DNA of 64,000 nucleotides from contig JAKMXF010000316.1 of assembly GCA_024704765.1 (NCBI GenBank), positions 310,001 through 374,000 on the forward strand. The letters run 5' to 3'. Both the position numbers and the translations under genes were made by a program. This document shows positions 1 to 13,627 of this stretch, piece by piece. Source of the DNA: Oopsacas minuta (taxonomy: Eukaryota > Animalia > Porifera). Position 1 is the stretch's first letter; each line of letters starts with the position of its first letter. Below the pieces are notes generated by a model, which worked only from the letters and a program-made list of their open reading frames with translations, was not told the origin of the DNA and ran no database searches.

Positions 1-706
1 CTCAAGGCCATCAACATCGCATTGGTCATGGTGTGGATTTTTCGGGCCTGGAAAAAAGTCGAGAAACGTATAATTTCGAAATGCTTCGGAAACCGCGGAT
101 TTTGTAAGGTCGGTATAGTGGCCGATCTCGCTCCTGCGATGAAGTTCGGGTATTGCGATGAGTTAGAACAGGAGGAACTGGACATGCAGGTCCGGGAGGA
201 TGATGACAAGGTCTTATTCTCTCCTCAAGAGACTCCGAGGCTCTATTCGATATGGCTATGCTCGACAACTCTACAGTTGCGGACTCCGGAGGAGACAAAA
301 TGGATCTCAGCGATATCGGAGAAGTGGAAGAAATCGCGCCTGAAGCCCCAAGGAACTCCGAGGCTCTCGCTGCTATCAGGACACTGCAAATGTACGCCAT
401 GTTTCGTGTAGATGAAAACGCCATCGGTGATACTATTGACCGCGCTAACTCATCACAGACCGAATGGCCTCTGAGCTTCGCCAGACGAGCATCACTGAGT
501 TCTTCAACGATTCTGAACAATGATATTAACTTGACTGGTGATTGACTGTGACTATGAATGCTTAATGTGAACTGTATATCTACCGCCTATGCGTTACGTT
601 TGGAAATGTGGGTACATTTTAAAGACTCTCACGAATTGGGGCACTCTCCCGAACTGGGGCACTTGTTCGGGCTACTTTTTGTGCCCCAGTTCTCGAGGTT
701 CCACCG
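1..706 (+). mobile_element. 3' part of a degenerate pogo/Tigger-like DNA transposon (5' part outside the window)
   Basis: Frame 1 reads KAINIALVMVWIFRAWKKVEKRIISKCFGNRGF, like the pogo C-terminal AWxxV..TIxxCFxKxGF motif. The end CGAGGTTCCACCG|TA reverse-complements to a Tigger-like C(A/G)GTGGAACCTCG TIR. Confidence 0.65.
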
Positions 707-710
707 TATA

Positions 711-1170
711 CAATAGAACTCGGTTTAGGGACACTCGTTTGGGGAATAAAAGGTACGTATTAACAGAAGTAGGTCATATTCGAGTCAGTATTAACCTAGG
801 TTCTCAGTATCGGATTGATTCTATATACATAGTATACGAATAATTACCTCAAAATTTTCAATAAAAGTAGAGCATTATCCTGATTTTTAACGAAAAGATA
901 ACTATAATTTTGTCATTTGAATCAAATTTGATGATATAAAGGATTTAGACTGTACTTCGAATTGAGTACGTCTTATCAGAGTATAATTCAAACCATTTTA
1001 TTCATTGGGAGAAAATTTAGTATATCTTACCCGATTGTACGTTTTATTCGAAAACATAATAATAGAATCATGTATAATGGATTAGATATGAGAAAATTTG
1101 GGTATTTGAGACAGTACGTCCTATACGGAAAAAGTCTTTAAGCCGAGTGCCTCTTAATCGAGTTCTACTG
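711..1170. mobile_element. pogo-type MITE
   Basis: Imperfect TIRs CAATAGAACTCGGTTTAGGGACACTCG / CGAGTGCCTCTTAATCGAGTTCTACTG. TA on the left only. No ORF. Confidence 0.6.
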
Positions 1171-2699
1171 TTTAAATGTTTTAGGTAAGGAATTGATGAA
1201 GAAACTGGAAGACCCTTAGGCCCGATTTTTGGCATACAGGAGGTGTACTTTGGGCCTGGCTCGGATAAGTTAGTGACGAGTATGTCCCGTCACTTAGCGA
1301 GCAAAAAGCACCACAAATTTAGCTGTTTCATAGTTATGCAAAAAGCAAGGTGCGAAAGCTCAAGGATACTTGCGCAAGTCTAGTCATGTGATAAATTATA
1401 TAGATGCAGATTGGAAATTGTCAATATAGGAATGTACAGACTCGATTACCCTTAACAAACAGTTGTAACGTAATTTCTCAGCACCTTGAAAAATTCTGTC
1501 ACTTCTTCATTAACCTTAATCTCAAGGTAGTCGGCTCCACATTTGAAATTATAGGTGTTGAAGGCATATATTGTGAATTTTGGAACAAATGTTTTTTGGG
1601 TAATTTGAACATGCTGAATCTAAAAATCTGATATAGAAACAGAAATATTGACCTAAAAAATATTTTAAATAGCTGATATATCTGCCAGGAGATAACCTTT
1701 TCAAAATTCAATGAGTCAACTGCTACCACCATATTCTTAATCGACATGAAATTTCGAGTAATATGCAGGGTATTGACCATATTCCGACCACTTTGAAGAA
1801 TGTACAGTAGAACATACCTGCGCTGTCGAGGAGAAAAATGTCCCAAACATAGTCATGTGGTCCCAATAATGAAAGTAATTATATGCTGATCATGAATATC
1901 TGCATAGAAAATCGATTCGACTGAAACACGAATGTTATATGCTTAATGTATTTTATAAAGTTAGTGAAGGGTCAATATTATAAATACAAAACGTGGATTC
2001 TTCCTACTTCTCTGGTCCTAAAATGGTTGAATGCATCCACATTGCAAGAATTTAGCCCCAAAGTATTTTTTGCCGTTTGAACTAGGAATATTTGTACATT
2101 TTTTGATTTTTTTGTATGAAATTTTTCAAAAGATTTCGAACCACATTCCTAACTATGTATATTTACTCCCTAACGGCCCTCTCACCATTTCTACCAGCCC
2201 TATATTTCCATAATTAACAGAGATATTCAGGTTTAAAGCTCAAATATTTCCATAATCGTATTTCTGAAACTTGAATAACTTGTAAGTCTAAGAGTTACAG
2301 GCTGTCAATTGCTGCATCGCATAACTCAGACGATTCTCTTCCCCTCAGATAAGAAAAGATGCCAAAAGATGGCAACTTTGGGGAGTAAATGACCAAAAAT
2401 AGGAGTGAGGAATTCTATCTCACCAAGCTCTAACCTTGACTCATTTGAAGCTCAAAACAGTTAAAATCAAATTAACACTCATATTCAGGGCATCCAATCA
2501 GTTCCAGGATTGAGTCCATATTTTCTTTCTCTTGCAACCTTACCAAATGATTCTCTGATTATAAATACTCTACGTATCTCTAATAGATTGTATACCCAGT
2601 GATATTTATGCTAGAAATACTAGCTTCCCTAACTAGCTTGTGTTTTGGTAACCTTGTGAACGCTTGCAAAAATATAGCTTCTAAATTGGATAGTTTACA

Positions 2700-3600
2700 T
2701 TACAATCAACTAGTGTCATCAATTATCGAAAATATCTAGGAAATGCACCAAAAGCGAGTCATTATGACCGAGTTGCTATACTTATGGATAATGCTCTTTC
2801 ATCTTCACGGGTCTACCAATGGGCGAAGAGATTCCTTAAGGGACGTGAATCATGTGAAGATGGCCCTTGATGCGGGCCACAAATGATGTCAATCAAAACA
2901 GTAACATCGCCCACATTGCCCGTAAATAATAGATTGTCCTCATCCAAATGTAGAGGCCGTAGATACAAAGGTTGGTACTCCAACGGGAAGTGCTCAGACA
3001 ATTCTGGCTCAAAATCTGAACTGAAAAAGATTTCAGCTCGATAAGTGCTTCAAAAACTCTTGAAAAAGAACATGCAGTGTCGTTTAAGAATCGGGAAGGA
3101 AACACTAAAAAAATTGATTCTGTGGAAGAAACTTGGGTTCATTATGATGAATGTCTTCGTAAATCTCAATCTAGGCATTGGACTGGAAAGATCATGATTG
3201 CGCCCAAGGTTTCGAAAGAAGATTATGTACAATTTCTTTACGACGGGATAGAGAACGTAAGATCAAATACTTATCCATCATGTGAAGATAGTAACTACCA
3301 TTTTTACGTGAATGAATATCTACCTGAGGTGGAAAAACGTACAAGAAAATACTGACTTAACGTGCTCGCAAAGGGATGAGTTTACTTCATGATAATGCCA
3401 GGCCCCTACAATACTGAGTCAAAGAAACAATAGCGAGCATCGGCTTAATCGAGTTAGAGCATCCACCTTATTGTCCATACCTCTCTCTATCTTATTTTTG
3501 GCTTTAAGATATCGTCAAAAGTCACTATCCGGAAGACACGGCAAGAATTATTAGCAACAACAATAGTTACCTTTAGACAGTTAGGTAACTTCGATTCAGA
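2700..3600 (+). pseudogene. highly decayed mariner transposase relic
   Basis: Broken motifs: EETWVHYDECLRKSQSRHW (DETWVHY..K.QS.QW), LLHDNARP (~3382-3406) and EHPPYCPYLS (~3457-3490). Many stops and frameshifts; TIRs not found. Confidence 0.7.
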
Positions 3601-3940
3601 AATGGTTTCTCATAACTAAGGGATACACATTTGGTGTGGAAAGTTTTCGATCAACAATGTGGGTACTGATCCTGATAATCCTGGTTGCACTATAATGCAT
3701 TTTGTATCGGATAGAATTCTATAAGAAATTTCGAGTATTAAGAATGGAATCCTAGTGGGTACATCCAGATATATGAGGGACTGAGAACAAGCCACATTAC
3801 TGTGGATAACGCTTTTGTTAGTTTTCGTCTTGTGACAAATTTTGCGATTGTTGAGTCGAAGCCATACTCAAAGGATTCATTGCTGGAGAAAGGCTCCAAT
3901 TATTTATCATGCTGTAAATCTGATTATGAATAAAATTATT

Positions 3941-4666
3941 CCAACACACGAATATATTGTCATAAATTGTATACTCTTCCCGCTCCTATATATTGTGTAG
4001 GATATATTCGTAGCTGCAATCTAGTAATTTGCATAGCCTAACACATGTTTTTCAAGAATTTCAAAAAAATATTTTCGATTTACACTTTTGAAGGTGTTAA
4101 TTATTAATAATTATTAGATAATCATTGATAATCAAAATATGTGGTAATTCAAAGCCTATTAAGAATCTATAATTTCTGACTCGATTTTTGAATTCTACGT
4201 AGGCGAGTTACCCCAGATTGAAATTTCCAATCGGATTTAACAATTTTCCCCAAGTTATAGATGAATTTTAATTTGTGCCACTTGTGCCACCTTGGGCAAA
4301 AAGGGGCACAAGTGGGACAAAATTGAAACTCTTCTATAACTTTAGTAAAAATTGTTCAATCCGATTGGAAATTTCAATCTGGGGTAACTCGCCTGCGTAG
4401 AATTCAAATATCAAGTCAGAAATTATAGATTCTTAATAGGCTTTGAATTGCCACATATTTTGAATATCAATAATTATCTAATAATTATTAATAATTAGCA
4501 CCTTCAAAAAATGCAAATCGAAAATATTTTTTGAATTTCGTGAGAAACATGTTATTCTATGCAAATTACTAGATTGCAGCTACGAATATAGACTATACAA
4601 TATATAGGAGCGGGAAAGAGTATACAATTTATGACAATATATTCGTGTGTTGAAATACTTTTGTCC
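3941..4666. repeat. ~720-bp hairpin (foldback) element, truncated copy of the 60224-61137 family
   Basis: The left half (CCAACACACGAATATATTGTCATAAATTG...) is the reverse complement of the right half (...CAATTTATGACAATATATTCGTGTGTTG), centred near 4297. The same sequence forms the arms at 60224-61137. Confidence 0.9.
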
Positions 4667-4685
4667 ACTTAGTGTACAACATACC

Positions 4686-4829
4686 AAGTGTAACCTCGAT
4701 TATTCGAACATTGCCGATGGCCCCTGGTCCCAGTTCCAATTCTACTATTTTTAAACGACCTCGGTTATTCGGACAGTTGATTTTCTGAGAGCTTTTCCCG
4801 ACAGAGTCCGAATAATCGAGGTTTCACTG
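4686..4829. mobile_element. small pogo-type MITE
   Basis: Inverted ends AGTGTAACCTCGATTATTCG / CGAATAATCGAGGTTTCACTG. Confidence 0.55.
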
Positions 4830-6494
4830 AAATTTATGTAGCTAACATGTGCAATATTTCAATTAACAATTCCCTAATTTTGTCAATGCAAACTTAGGGT
4901 TCACATATGTAACACAGAGTAGCGGACGAGGAGCATCCACACGAGGATATTTACACATGATATGAATCATGTGGTATTAAAAATTAAGTAAATACATTGG
5001 AAAGTTTGCTCAAATTGCAAACAGTAAATTATCGACAAGCTTCCCTCGGATTTCATATCATGTTATTCTTCCGAAATCTAAGGTATATACCTTGTATTGA
5101 TCTCCCGACAGAAATTGCGTGTACTCTAATGTGGGTATGTACATTATTATGAGCAAAACAACACATAAATTGGTTATTGTACTTTTGTCCAATTTTAAAC
5201 AAAAGTTATCATTATTAGGTAGTAAATAAAATTAATTCGAAGTGAGACAGTGGAAATGGAATATTGTAGGGCCAGTGGGCTTGTTGTCCAGGGGTTTCGA
5301 TGATATTGAGTTAAGTTTTGAGGGCCATTGAATGAAGGTATTCAAGTGTACTTAAATAAAGTTATTCTATAGCTGCATACCTATCTAGGGGAAACGCGGA
5401 ATTTGTCCTACAACCAATATCGGAAATTGTTCAACACTGTATTGGAGTTTTAAATTGAAAATAGTTCAGTGTTTGTCGCTGGCATTGTAGTTTAGATTCA
5501 CACCAAATAGGTGACGATAATAAATTAATAGTGTTTGTATGATATTCATTGCTCGTATGTTATTTGAAATTTAGGCCCAACAAGTGTTTATGCATTCTAG
5601 ATCTGTGAATTCGACTTTTATGCAATTGTTTATCAATTTATTGCAAAACTTCTCATAATCCCTAATTTGATTTCGTCGAGAATCTGAGCGGTCATCTTCA
5701 AAAAGTTGAAAAGTAGTATGTGCAAGAGGAGAGAAGACTATTGCATCCTAAAGTATCTTCTACAGTATCAGAACTTCGATCAAAGATAATAACAATCTTG
5801 GCATTGTCCGAACAATTTGTAAACAGTCATTGACAGAAATCAGATTTCAATTATTTTTGGGTCAAGTTGTATGAGCAATGCGTGAAATCAATTAAAGTAC
5901 ATATATTTTGATGGAACTATTAAAATTGTTCCGGATTTGGTATAGGAGAAATTCCTACATCTAGATTAACGTAGGACAAGTTCTTATAAAACTGATTGTA
6001 GGACAAAATCCCGCTAACACTATCTGGGTATACTTGTATGCAGTAGTATTCTTATCTGCACAATTGCACAAGACTTTATCACCAAATGATTGAAATTATG
6101 ATCATGTGATAAAAATTATGCATCTTATAAATAACTATTTTGTCCATTCATTAATAAACATAGAAACCTCAATCAAAATGATGTCTATTGAGTGATTTGA
6201 TAATAATAAAGGAATGTTTCCGAGAAACGGAGATTCTCTATAAGGGACAACTGCCATGTGTCAGTTACCCGGAGAACCTAATCTATCGTATACAACTATC
6301 GTTTCCCTCTATAAAATAATATACGCAGGACAAACAAACAAATACAATAATAAGCACACTAATTGAGTTCTAAGTAGAAATTTATAGATTTACATCAAAA
6401 TTAGAGATGCAAATTCGAGGTCACAATGGCATTACCTGGGGGCCAATGGAAAAAAATTATGCACTAACAGTATTGTAAGCACTAGGATTCGCAG

Positions 6495-9256
6495 CAGGGC
6501 CGCAGCTGGGGGGCTAGGGGGCTGAGCCCCCCCTACCAAATTTAACCATCCCGTAAATTTTGCTAAGCTATATTGATCTTTACTCTTAGATCTTGAATAT
6601 TAGTTAAATCAAGGAAATGTTTGTGAATATGTCAAATTGACTATACTTCTAGTTATCTAATTCCTATTGCTAGTTAATATACTTAATTCATTGGATGCTC
6701 TTACAGCGACCATTGAAATTATATTTTTGTTTTTATATGACCACAACATATATTCCTTCCAGTTTATTACATTTGATATGCGAATTGTGAAATCATTCCT
6801 CATGGCTATAATCACCATACACAGAAACACGTAGTCTCTTGATTTTTTAAAATGATCAAGAATCCTCCTTTGATATTTTCTTATAATGCAAATAATTTTG
6901 TTCCTATTCTTTCTCCTTTTAATTTTAGTTCTGTCAAATTGTTAATAATTTTGATTTTCTATTCAATTTAGTTAGTGATTATATTACTATGGATAATTTT
7001 ATTTCCTTTGATAGGTCTCTTTCTGATCCCTTGAATAGTATTGAAATATATAATCCGATCAACAAAGAAATACCAGATATATCTACTGGAGGAGGAAACA
7101 TTATACAAATTAAAGGATTGATTTATCCGAAGGATTCTATTGGCCGTAGTTTTCAACAAGATTGGTTTATTAGATTTCCTTGGTTGGAATATTCACCATC
7201 CCTTGATACGGTATTTTGGTATCCCTGCCGTCAATTTCTCTCACACGGGACTAAAGAAAATGTCTTCAAAAACATTGGATTTAAAAATTGGAAATCGGCA
7301 ATAGAAAAAAGAAAAGGACTTTGTAAACATGCTGATTCTCGTGTTCATCTTACTGCAATGGCGAATTGGCGTGAAAAAGAGCTTCGCGAATCATCCCAAC
7401 TAGAAATAGCTACATTAGTTTGTGCTAATGTTTTTGAAAAAATAGATATTACATACGGTCCATTGCTGAAATTGTTCAATTTTTAGCTGTCAATGAATTA
7501 GCTCTGCGTGGAAATTATGATATTGATGAAAATACGGGGCATGGATTCAGGAACTTGTTTGAATATACACTTACAAAGGACCCGAAACTCGCTGAAATTT
7601 ATACACAAATTCCTAAAAATGCTCATTACCTTTCTCCAGATATTCAAAATGATGTGATAGATATTATGTCGGAAGTAGTTAGGGAAGAAATTATTTTTGA
7701 AATTTTAGATGCTGATGTCCCGTGGTTTACTTTATTAGAAGATGACACTAGAGATCGCAACAATATAGAACATGTATCAATTGGAAATAGCTATGTTAGG
7801 AAAGATAAAGTTTTTGAATCTTTAGTTAATGTAGCAACAACTCTCTCTTCAGATGCCAAAACCATGGCTAATTCAACATTGGAGATCTTGAGAAATAATG
7901 GATTGGATTCTAAACGATTACTTTCACAGTGCTATGATGGCGCTAGTGTAATGAGTGGTGGAAAAGGAGGTGTTCACACCCTCATTCAAGAGGAATTACA
8001 TCGAAAGGTTCCGTATGTTCATTGTTTCAACCATCGACTTCATTTGGTAATTATGAAATTAATATCTGAAGTCCCAGAACTCAAGATATTTTTTGACCAA
8101 TGTAGAATGTTACACTTATTTCTGAATCATGTCAAAGTTATATCAATTTATACAGGAACTCGTATTGGTCGTCTTTTAGAACAAAGATGGTCAGGACATT
8201 TGAAAATCACTGAAGCTATTTATTCTAACTATTAAACTATTATTGAATTGCTTAGAACAGTCCAATGCTCCACAGAATTTAGTGGAAAGCAAGTTGTACA
8301 GAGTACTGGTTTGTTGGCCACACTAATTAAGTTAGAGTTCCGTTTTTGGTTTGATATTAATGAAAAAGCTCCTACTTACAATAGAACCAGTAGATAAGAT
8401 CTTACAATCCCGTGATGCATGCTTAAAAAAGCCATGGAAATTATCAATTCTGATTTAAAAACATCAATAAGCTTCAAAATCCAGATGCATTTAGTGGGAT
8501 AGTTAGCGAGGCCAAAAGTATACTACTGCATGATGAAGATGATATGTCTCGTCCAATTAGACGCAAAAAACCTAACTGTTTATATAACCATTATATTCTT
8601 ACCGAATCTACAACAAAAGAACATGATACGTTAGAATCACTATTCATAGACACAATTCATATAACATGCCGTGAATTCAAGAGGAGATTTTTCTTGAATA
8701 ACATGTTATTACAAGCAGTTGATTCGATCGAAGAATTGACATTGATAAGTTGTACCCTTTATCAGAGCTTGGGATTTCGCTTCCCTCAATTGAGGAATTG
8801 TCAGTAGTAAAGGAATTCACGAAAGATAAAACGAATATACTCGAAGAATTGTACAAGTATCGACAGCTGTTTAATAACACATATAATTTGGTTGCTACTG
8901 TAGCAACGTTTTGTTGTAGCACTTCTATGTGTGAGTCTTCGTTCTCAGTTCTCACTAGAGTTAGTAGGCCACAGAGAAATATGTCGGAAATCAGATGCTC
9001 CAATTTAGTGTTTCTTGCGTTTGAATCTAGATATATGAAAAAATGGATGTTGAAAAGTTCCCCTCGAAATTTTCTAGGAAGAAGGATAGAAGACTCAGTG
9101 TATTTTAGATATTACATAAATTTATGAGATTAATATAGAACTGTAGCTCATTAGTTCATTGGCCTCCCCAAAAATTAATATAAAAATCTTAAGTATCCAA
9201 GCCCCCCCTAAAGATTACTTAGCCCCTCCTAACACTACGCTCTGGCTACGGCCCTG
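6495..9256 (+). mobile_element. hAT transposon with degenerate ZMYM1/ZNF862-like transposase
   Basis: TIR CAGGGCCG(C/T)AGC at both ends; 8-bp TSD ATTCGCAG/ATTGGCAG (7/8). ORF pieces: 6989-7486 (TTF-type Zn finger WFIRFPWLEYS..GFKNWK), 7555-8235 (QCYDGASVMSG, YVHCFNHRLHL), 8750-9127 (dimerisation motif STSMCESSFS). Confidence 0.9.
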
Positions 9257-9479
9257 ATTGGCAGGTAATATACCAAGGGTCCATAAAGATGGCTTAAACC
9301 TTGAGGAAACAATTAGGACAATCTAGACGCAATTGACACAAACTCAACTAACTTGTGACAAATCAATCCATGCCAGGGTTCACAAAAAGACAACCCCAGA
9401 AGAAACCACATAGAAAAAATCGAAAATCGGTTCCTCCACGACGGGAAAGGACACTAAATGTGGGAAAAACACTTATGAG

Positions 9480-12400
9480 CAGTGTTCAGAAAACCGGTCA
9501 TTCTGATCATTTTTGCCTTTTTTGCTGATTAGGTAAGAACTTAGCTTACGTATAATAATTATGTTTCAGTTAATTTAGGATGCTATTTCTTCACTGTCTA
9601 AAATCAATTCATGAAATGTTTGTTACGATTTCAACAACTTTTAACAATATACGATTAGAGATGATTACTTTGATGTTATTTTGGTTTAGAAGAATTCCTA
9701 TATCACACTTCGCTTATCAGCTTTCATATTTTGCATATATTGTAGGTATTCCTTTTGCTTGTATAGTATGAATTGTTTATACCACACATCATTTTGATTT
9801 TCATCAGACTAAACTTATTCATTGAATCATGGCAATATGTCGAATAACTTTGGTGGACGAAAATTAGATCCTGTCCATGATCAATACTGCCCATCGTCAA
9901 TACCTTCTAAGCGGATATGTATGCATTGTAATGCAGAAGTGGGTAATAAATGTATCAGATTGCGAGCTCTTATCAACAAATGTACATCTATTCCTAATCA
10001 AGTTACTGAGATAGAAAAAGAATTCATTATAAACCCAAAATTGACTAGCTGTAGCGGAATACCTATTCTGAGCGGGGGTGATCTTATCCAAACAAAGCAA
10101 TCACACCTGACAAGTGATCGAATAAGCATGAACAATTCTAAGGAGAAAGAATCCTTTGGTAAAGTTGTCGCGATGTTTTTCTATAGTTGTAGCATACCAT
10201 TTAACATTGCTGTTGATTAATACTTCAAAAATATGGTGCACTTGTCAAGACCATTTTATGAACAACTTGTTGGTAATCGCTTACTGAATAAACAGTACGG
10301 ATCATTAAGGAGAGAAAAATGCGATAAATTGAATAGTAAGGAAGTTTGTTTACTTTTAGATGGTTGGAGCGATATTGGCCAGGCATCAACTATTGGTACA
10401 TGCTTAAAATGTTTGTCAACGGGTAAAGTATATCACTATCAGACAATTGGCAAGAAGGGAGATACAGATTTTCTGAATATTTGAAGGATATGAGTCTAAA
10501 GATCATTAATAAAGCTGCACAAGAGATAGGATTTAAAGTCACGTGTATTGTTACAGACAATGAAAACAAAATGCTATGGATGAAGCAGCTGAGGAAAATT
10601 GTTAGACCAGACATTTCATATTCAGGATGCAATGCACATTGGCTAAATTTATTGAGTAAATACCTAACCCCACCTGGAGTAGTAAATCATATCATTCAGA
10701 TCAATTGTTTTTTCAAGAATCTTAGCAAGATTGCATATTGGTTGTCAGAAATTCAAGGTACAGTTAGACCCAAGCTTGTTTCAGTAACGAGATGATCTAG
10801 CATTGTGAATGCTCTCTAAAGCTACAAGCTAAACCGTTCTGGAATGATTGCGGTTTCTTCTTACCATATTGATGAAATAGAGCAGGCAATCGTTAGGAAA
10901 TTCAATGACCTGAATATATATATAATAATGTGAAAGATTTACTTAAAGTCCTAGAGCCAGTAAAGTTTTGTTTAGATGCAGTACAAAACTCTAAAGCTTC
11001 TATTGCGAATGCGATGTATAATTTGCTAAAATTACTAAACGATCCAAACCTAGCACATGTCAAATCAAAAATTGAATCCAGGATGCATAAATTTCTCAAA
11101 CTGAGGACTACATTGTATATACTTTACATCCGAAATACCACCAGGGAAGACTTACTCTCAGCAATGAACAGAAGAAATGGATAGAAAATTTGTGCTAGAA
11201 AATTTCCCCAACTCATTCATTGAATTCGTGGCCTGTTTCAATCTCAACAGATACTTGTCCCAGAGACATTAAAATTGAAAACACTAAGGCAAACTATGAA
11301 CCCAATTGTATGGTGGCATGCCCAAGGCTCAGAAAGTTTGATCAACTTGGCAAAAGATTCATTAGTTATACCAGCAAATTCTGCAGATATTGAATGAGTG
11401 TTCAATGTAAAGGCATATATTGATTGCAAGATCAGAAACCGGCTCAGCATACAAAAAGCACATAAATTAGCATTTAACTACAGCGTCAATCGTGACACGA
11501 ATGACGATGATTACGAGGTCGATTATGATAATGATCATTGATCATAATATCTTAATGAATATTGATTAGTTATTAGTGATATTCTCTTTCATAATATCTC
11601 ATCTAAATTGACGCTGTAGTTAAATGCTAATTTATGTGCTTTTTGTATGCTGAGCCGGTTTCTGATCTTGCAATCAATATATGCCTTTACATTGAACACT
11701 CATTCAATATCTGCAGAATTTGCTGGTATAACTAATGAATCTTTTGCCAAGTTGATCAAACTTTCTGAGCCTTGGGCATGCCACCATACAATTGGGTTCA
11801 TAGTTTGCCTTAGTGTTTTCAATTTTAATGTCTCTGGGACAAGTATCTGTTGAGATTGAAACAGGCCACGAATTCAATGAATGAGTTGGGGAAATTTTCT
11901 AGCACAAATTTTCTATCCATTTCTTCTGTTCATTGCTGAGAGTAAGTCTTCCCTGGTGGTATTTCGGATGTAAAGTATATACAATGTAGTCCTCAGTTTG
12001 AGAAATTTATGCATCCTGGATTCAATTTTTGATTTGACATGTGCTAGGTTTGGATCGTTTAGTAATTTTAGCAAATTATACATCGCATTCGCAATAGAAG
12101 CTTTAGAGTTTTGTACTGCATCTAAACAAAACTTTACTGGCTCTAGGACTTTAAGTAAATCTTTCACATTATTATATATATATTCAGGTCATTGAATTTC
12201 CTAACGATTGCCTGCTCTATTTCATCAATATGGTAAGAAGAAACCGCAATCATTCCAGAACGGTTTAGCTTGTAGCTTTAGAGAGCATTCACAATGCTAG
12301 ATCATCTCGTTACTGAAACAAGCTTGGGTCTAACTGTACCTTGAATTTCTGACAACCAATATGCAATCTTGCTAAGATTCTTGAAAAAACAATTGATCTG

Positions 12401-13627
12401 AATGATATGATTTACTACTCCAGGTGGGGTTAGGTATTTACTCAATAAATTTAGCCAATGTGCATTGCATCCTGAATATGAAATGTCTGGTCTAACAATT
12501 TTCCTCAGCTGCTTCATCCATAGCATTTTGTTTTCATTGTCTGTAACAATACACGTGACTTTAAATCCTATCTCTTGTGCAGCTTTATTAATGATCTTTA
12601 GACTCATATCCTTCAAATATTCAGAAAATCTGTATCTCCCTTCTTGCCAATTGTCTGATAGTGATATACTTTACCCGTTGACAAACATTTTAAGCATGTA
12701 CCAATAGTTGATGCCTGGCCAATATCGCTCCAACCATCTAAAAGTAAACAAACTTCCTTACTATTCAATTTATCGCATTTTTCTCTCCTTAATGATCCGT
12801 ACTGTTTATTCAGTAAGCGATTACCAACAAGTTGTTCATAAAATGGTCTTGACAAGTGCACCATATTTTTGAAGTATTAATCAACAGCAATGTTAAATGG
12901 TATGCTACAACTATAGAAAAACATCGCGACAACTTTACCAAAGGATTCTTTCTCCTTAGAATTGTTCATGCTTATTCGATCACTTGTCAGGTGTGATTGC
13001 TTTGTTTGGATAAGATCACCCCCGCTCAGAATAGGTATTCCGCTACAGCTAGTCAATTTTGGGTTTATAATGAATTCTTTTTCTATCTCAGTAACTTGAT
13101 TAGGAATAGATGTACATTTGTTGATAAGAGCTCGCAATCTGATACATTTATTACCCACTTCTGCATTACAATGCATACATATCCGCTTAGAAGGTATTGA
13201 CGATGGGCAGTATTGATCATGGACAGGATCTAATTTTCGTCCACCAAAGTTATTCGACATATTGCCATGATTCAATGAATAAGTTTAGTCTGATGAAAAT
13301 CAAAATGATGTGTGGTATAAACAATTCATACTATACAAGCAAAAGGAATACCTACAATATATGCAAAATATGAAAGCTGATAAGCGAAGTGTGATATAGG
13401 AATTCTTCTAAACCAAAATAACATCAAAGTAATCATCTCTAATCGTATATTGTTAAAAGTTGTTGAAATCGTAACAAACATTTCATGAATTGATTTTAGA
13501 CAGTGAAGAAATAGCATCCTAAATTAACTGAAACATAATTATTATACGTAAGCTAAGTTCTTACCTAATCAGCAGAAAAGGCAGAAACGACCGGTTTCTA
13601 GAAATCAGAGGTTTTTACCGAACACTG
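9480..13627. mobile_element. palindromic (inverted-dimer) hAT element carrying a dead DUF659-type transposase twice
   Basis: Terminal CAGTGTTC / GAACACTG. Arms ~9514-11490 and 11607-13583 are reverse complements, and every mirrored ORF in the track translates identically (coordinate sum 23097). 116-bp spacer. Motifs: BED-like CMHC, FFYSCSIPFN, LDGWSD, VTDN, CNAHWLNLL, PANSADIE. No TSD. Confidence 0.92.
9822..11540 (+). pseudogene. hAT (DUF659-type) transposase pseudogene, left copy (mirrored on minus at ~11607-13275)
   Basis: ORFs 9822-10220, 10233-10484, 10481-10795 and 10930-11184 follow hAT motif order, separated by stops and frameshifts. Confidence 0.85.

Noticed and set aside
9897-13517. 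Short antisense or alternative-frame ORFs in the palindrome, and similar ones over other transposases
   Set aside because: Shadows of transposase frames or of the inverted duplication, with no independent motifs.
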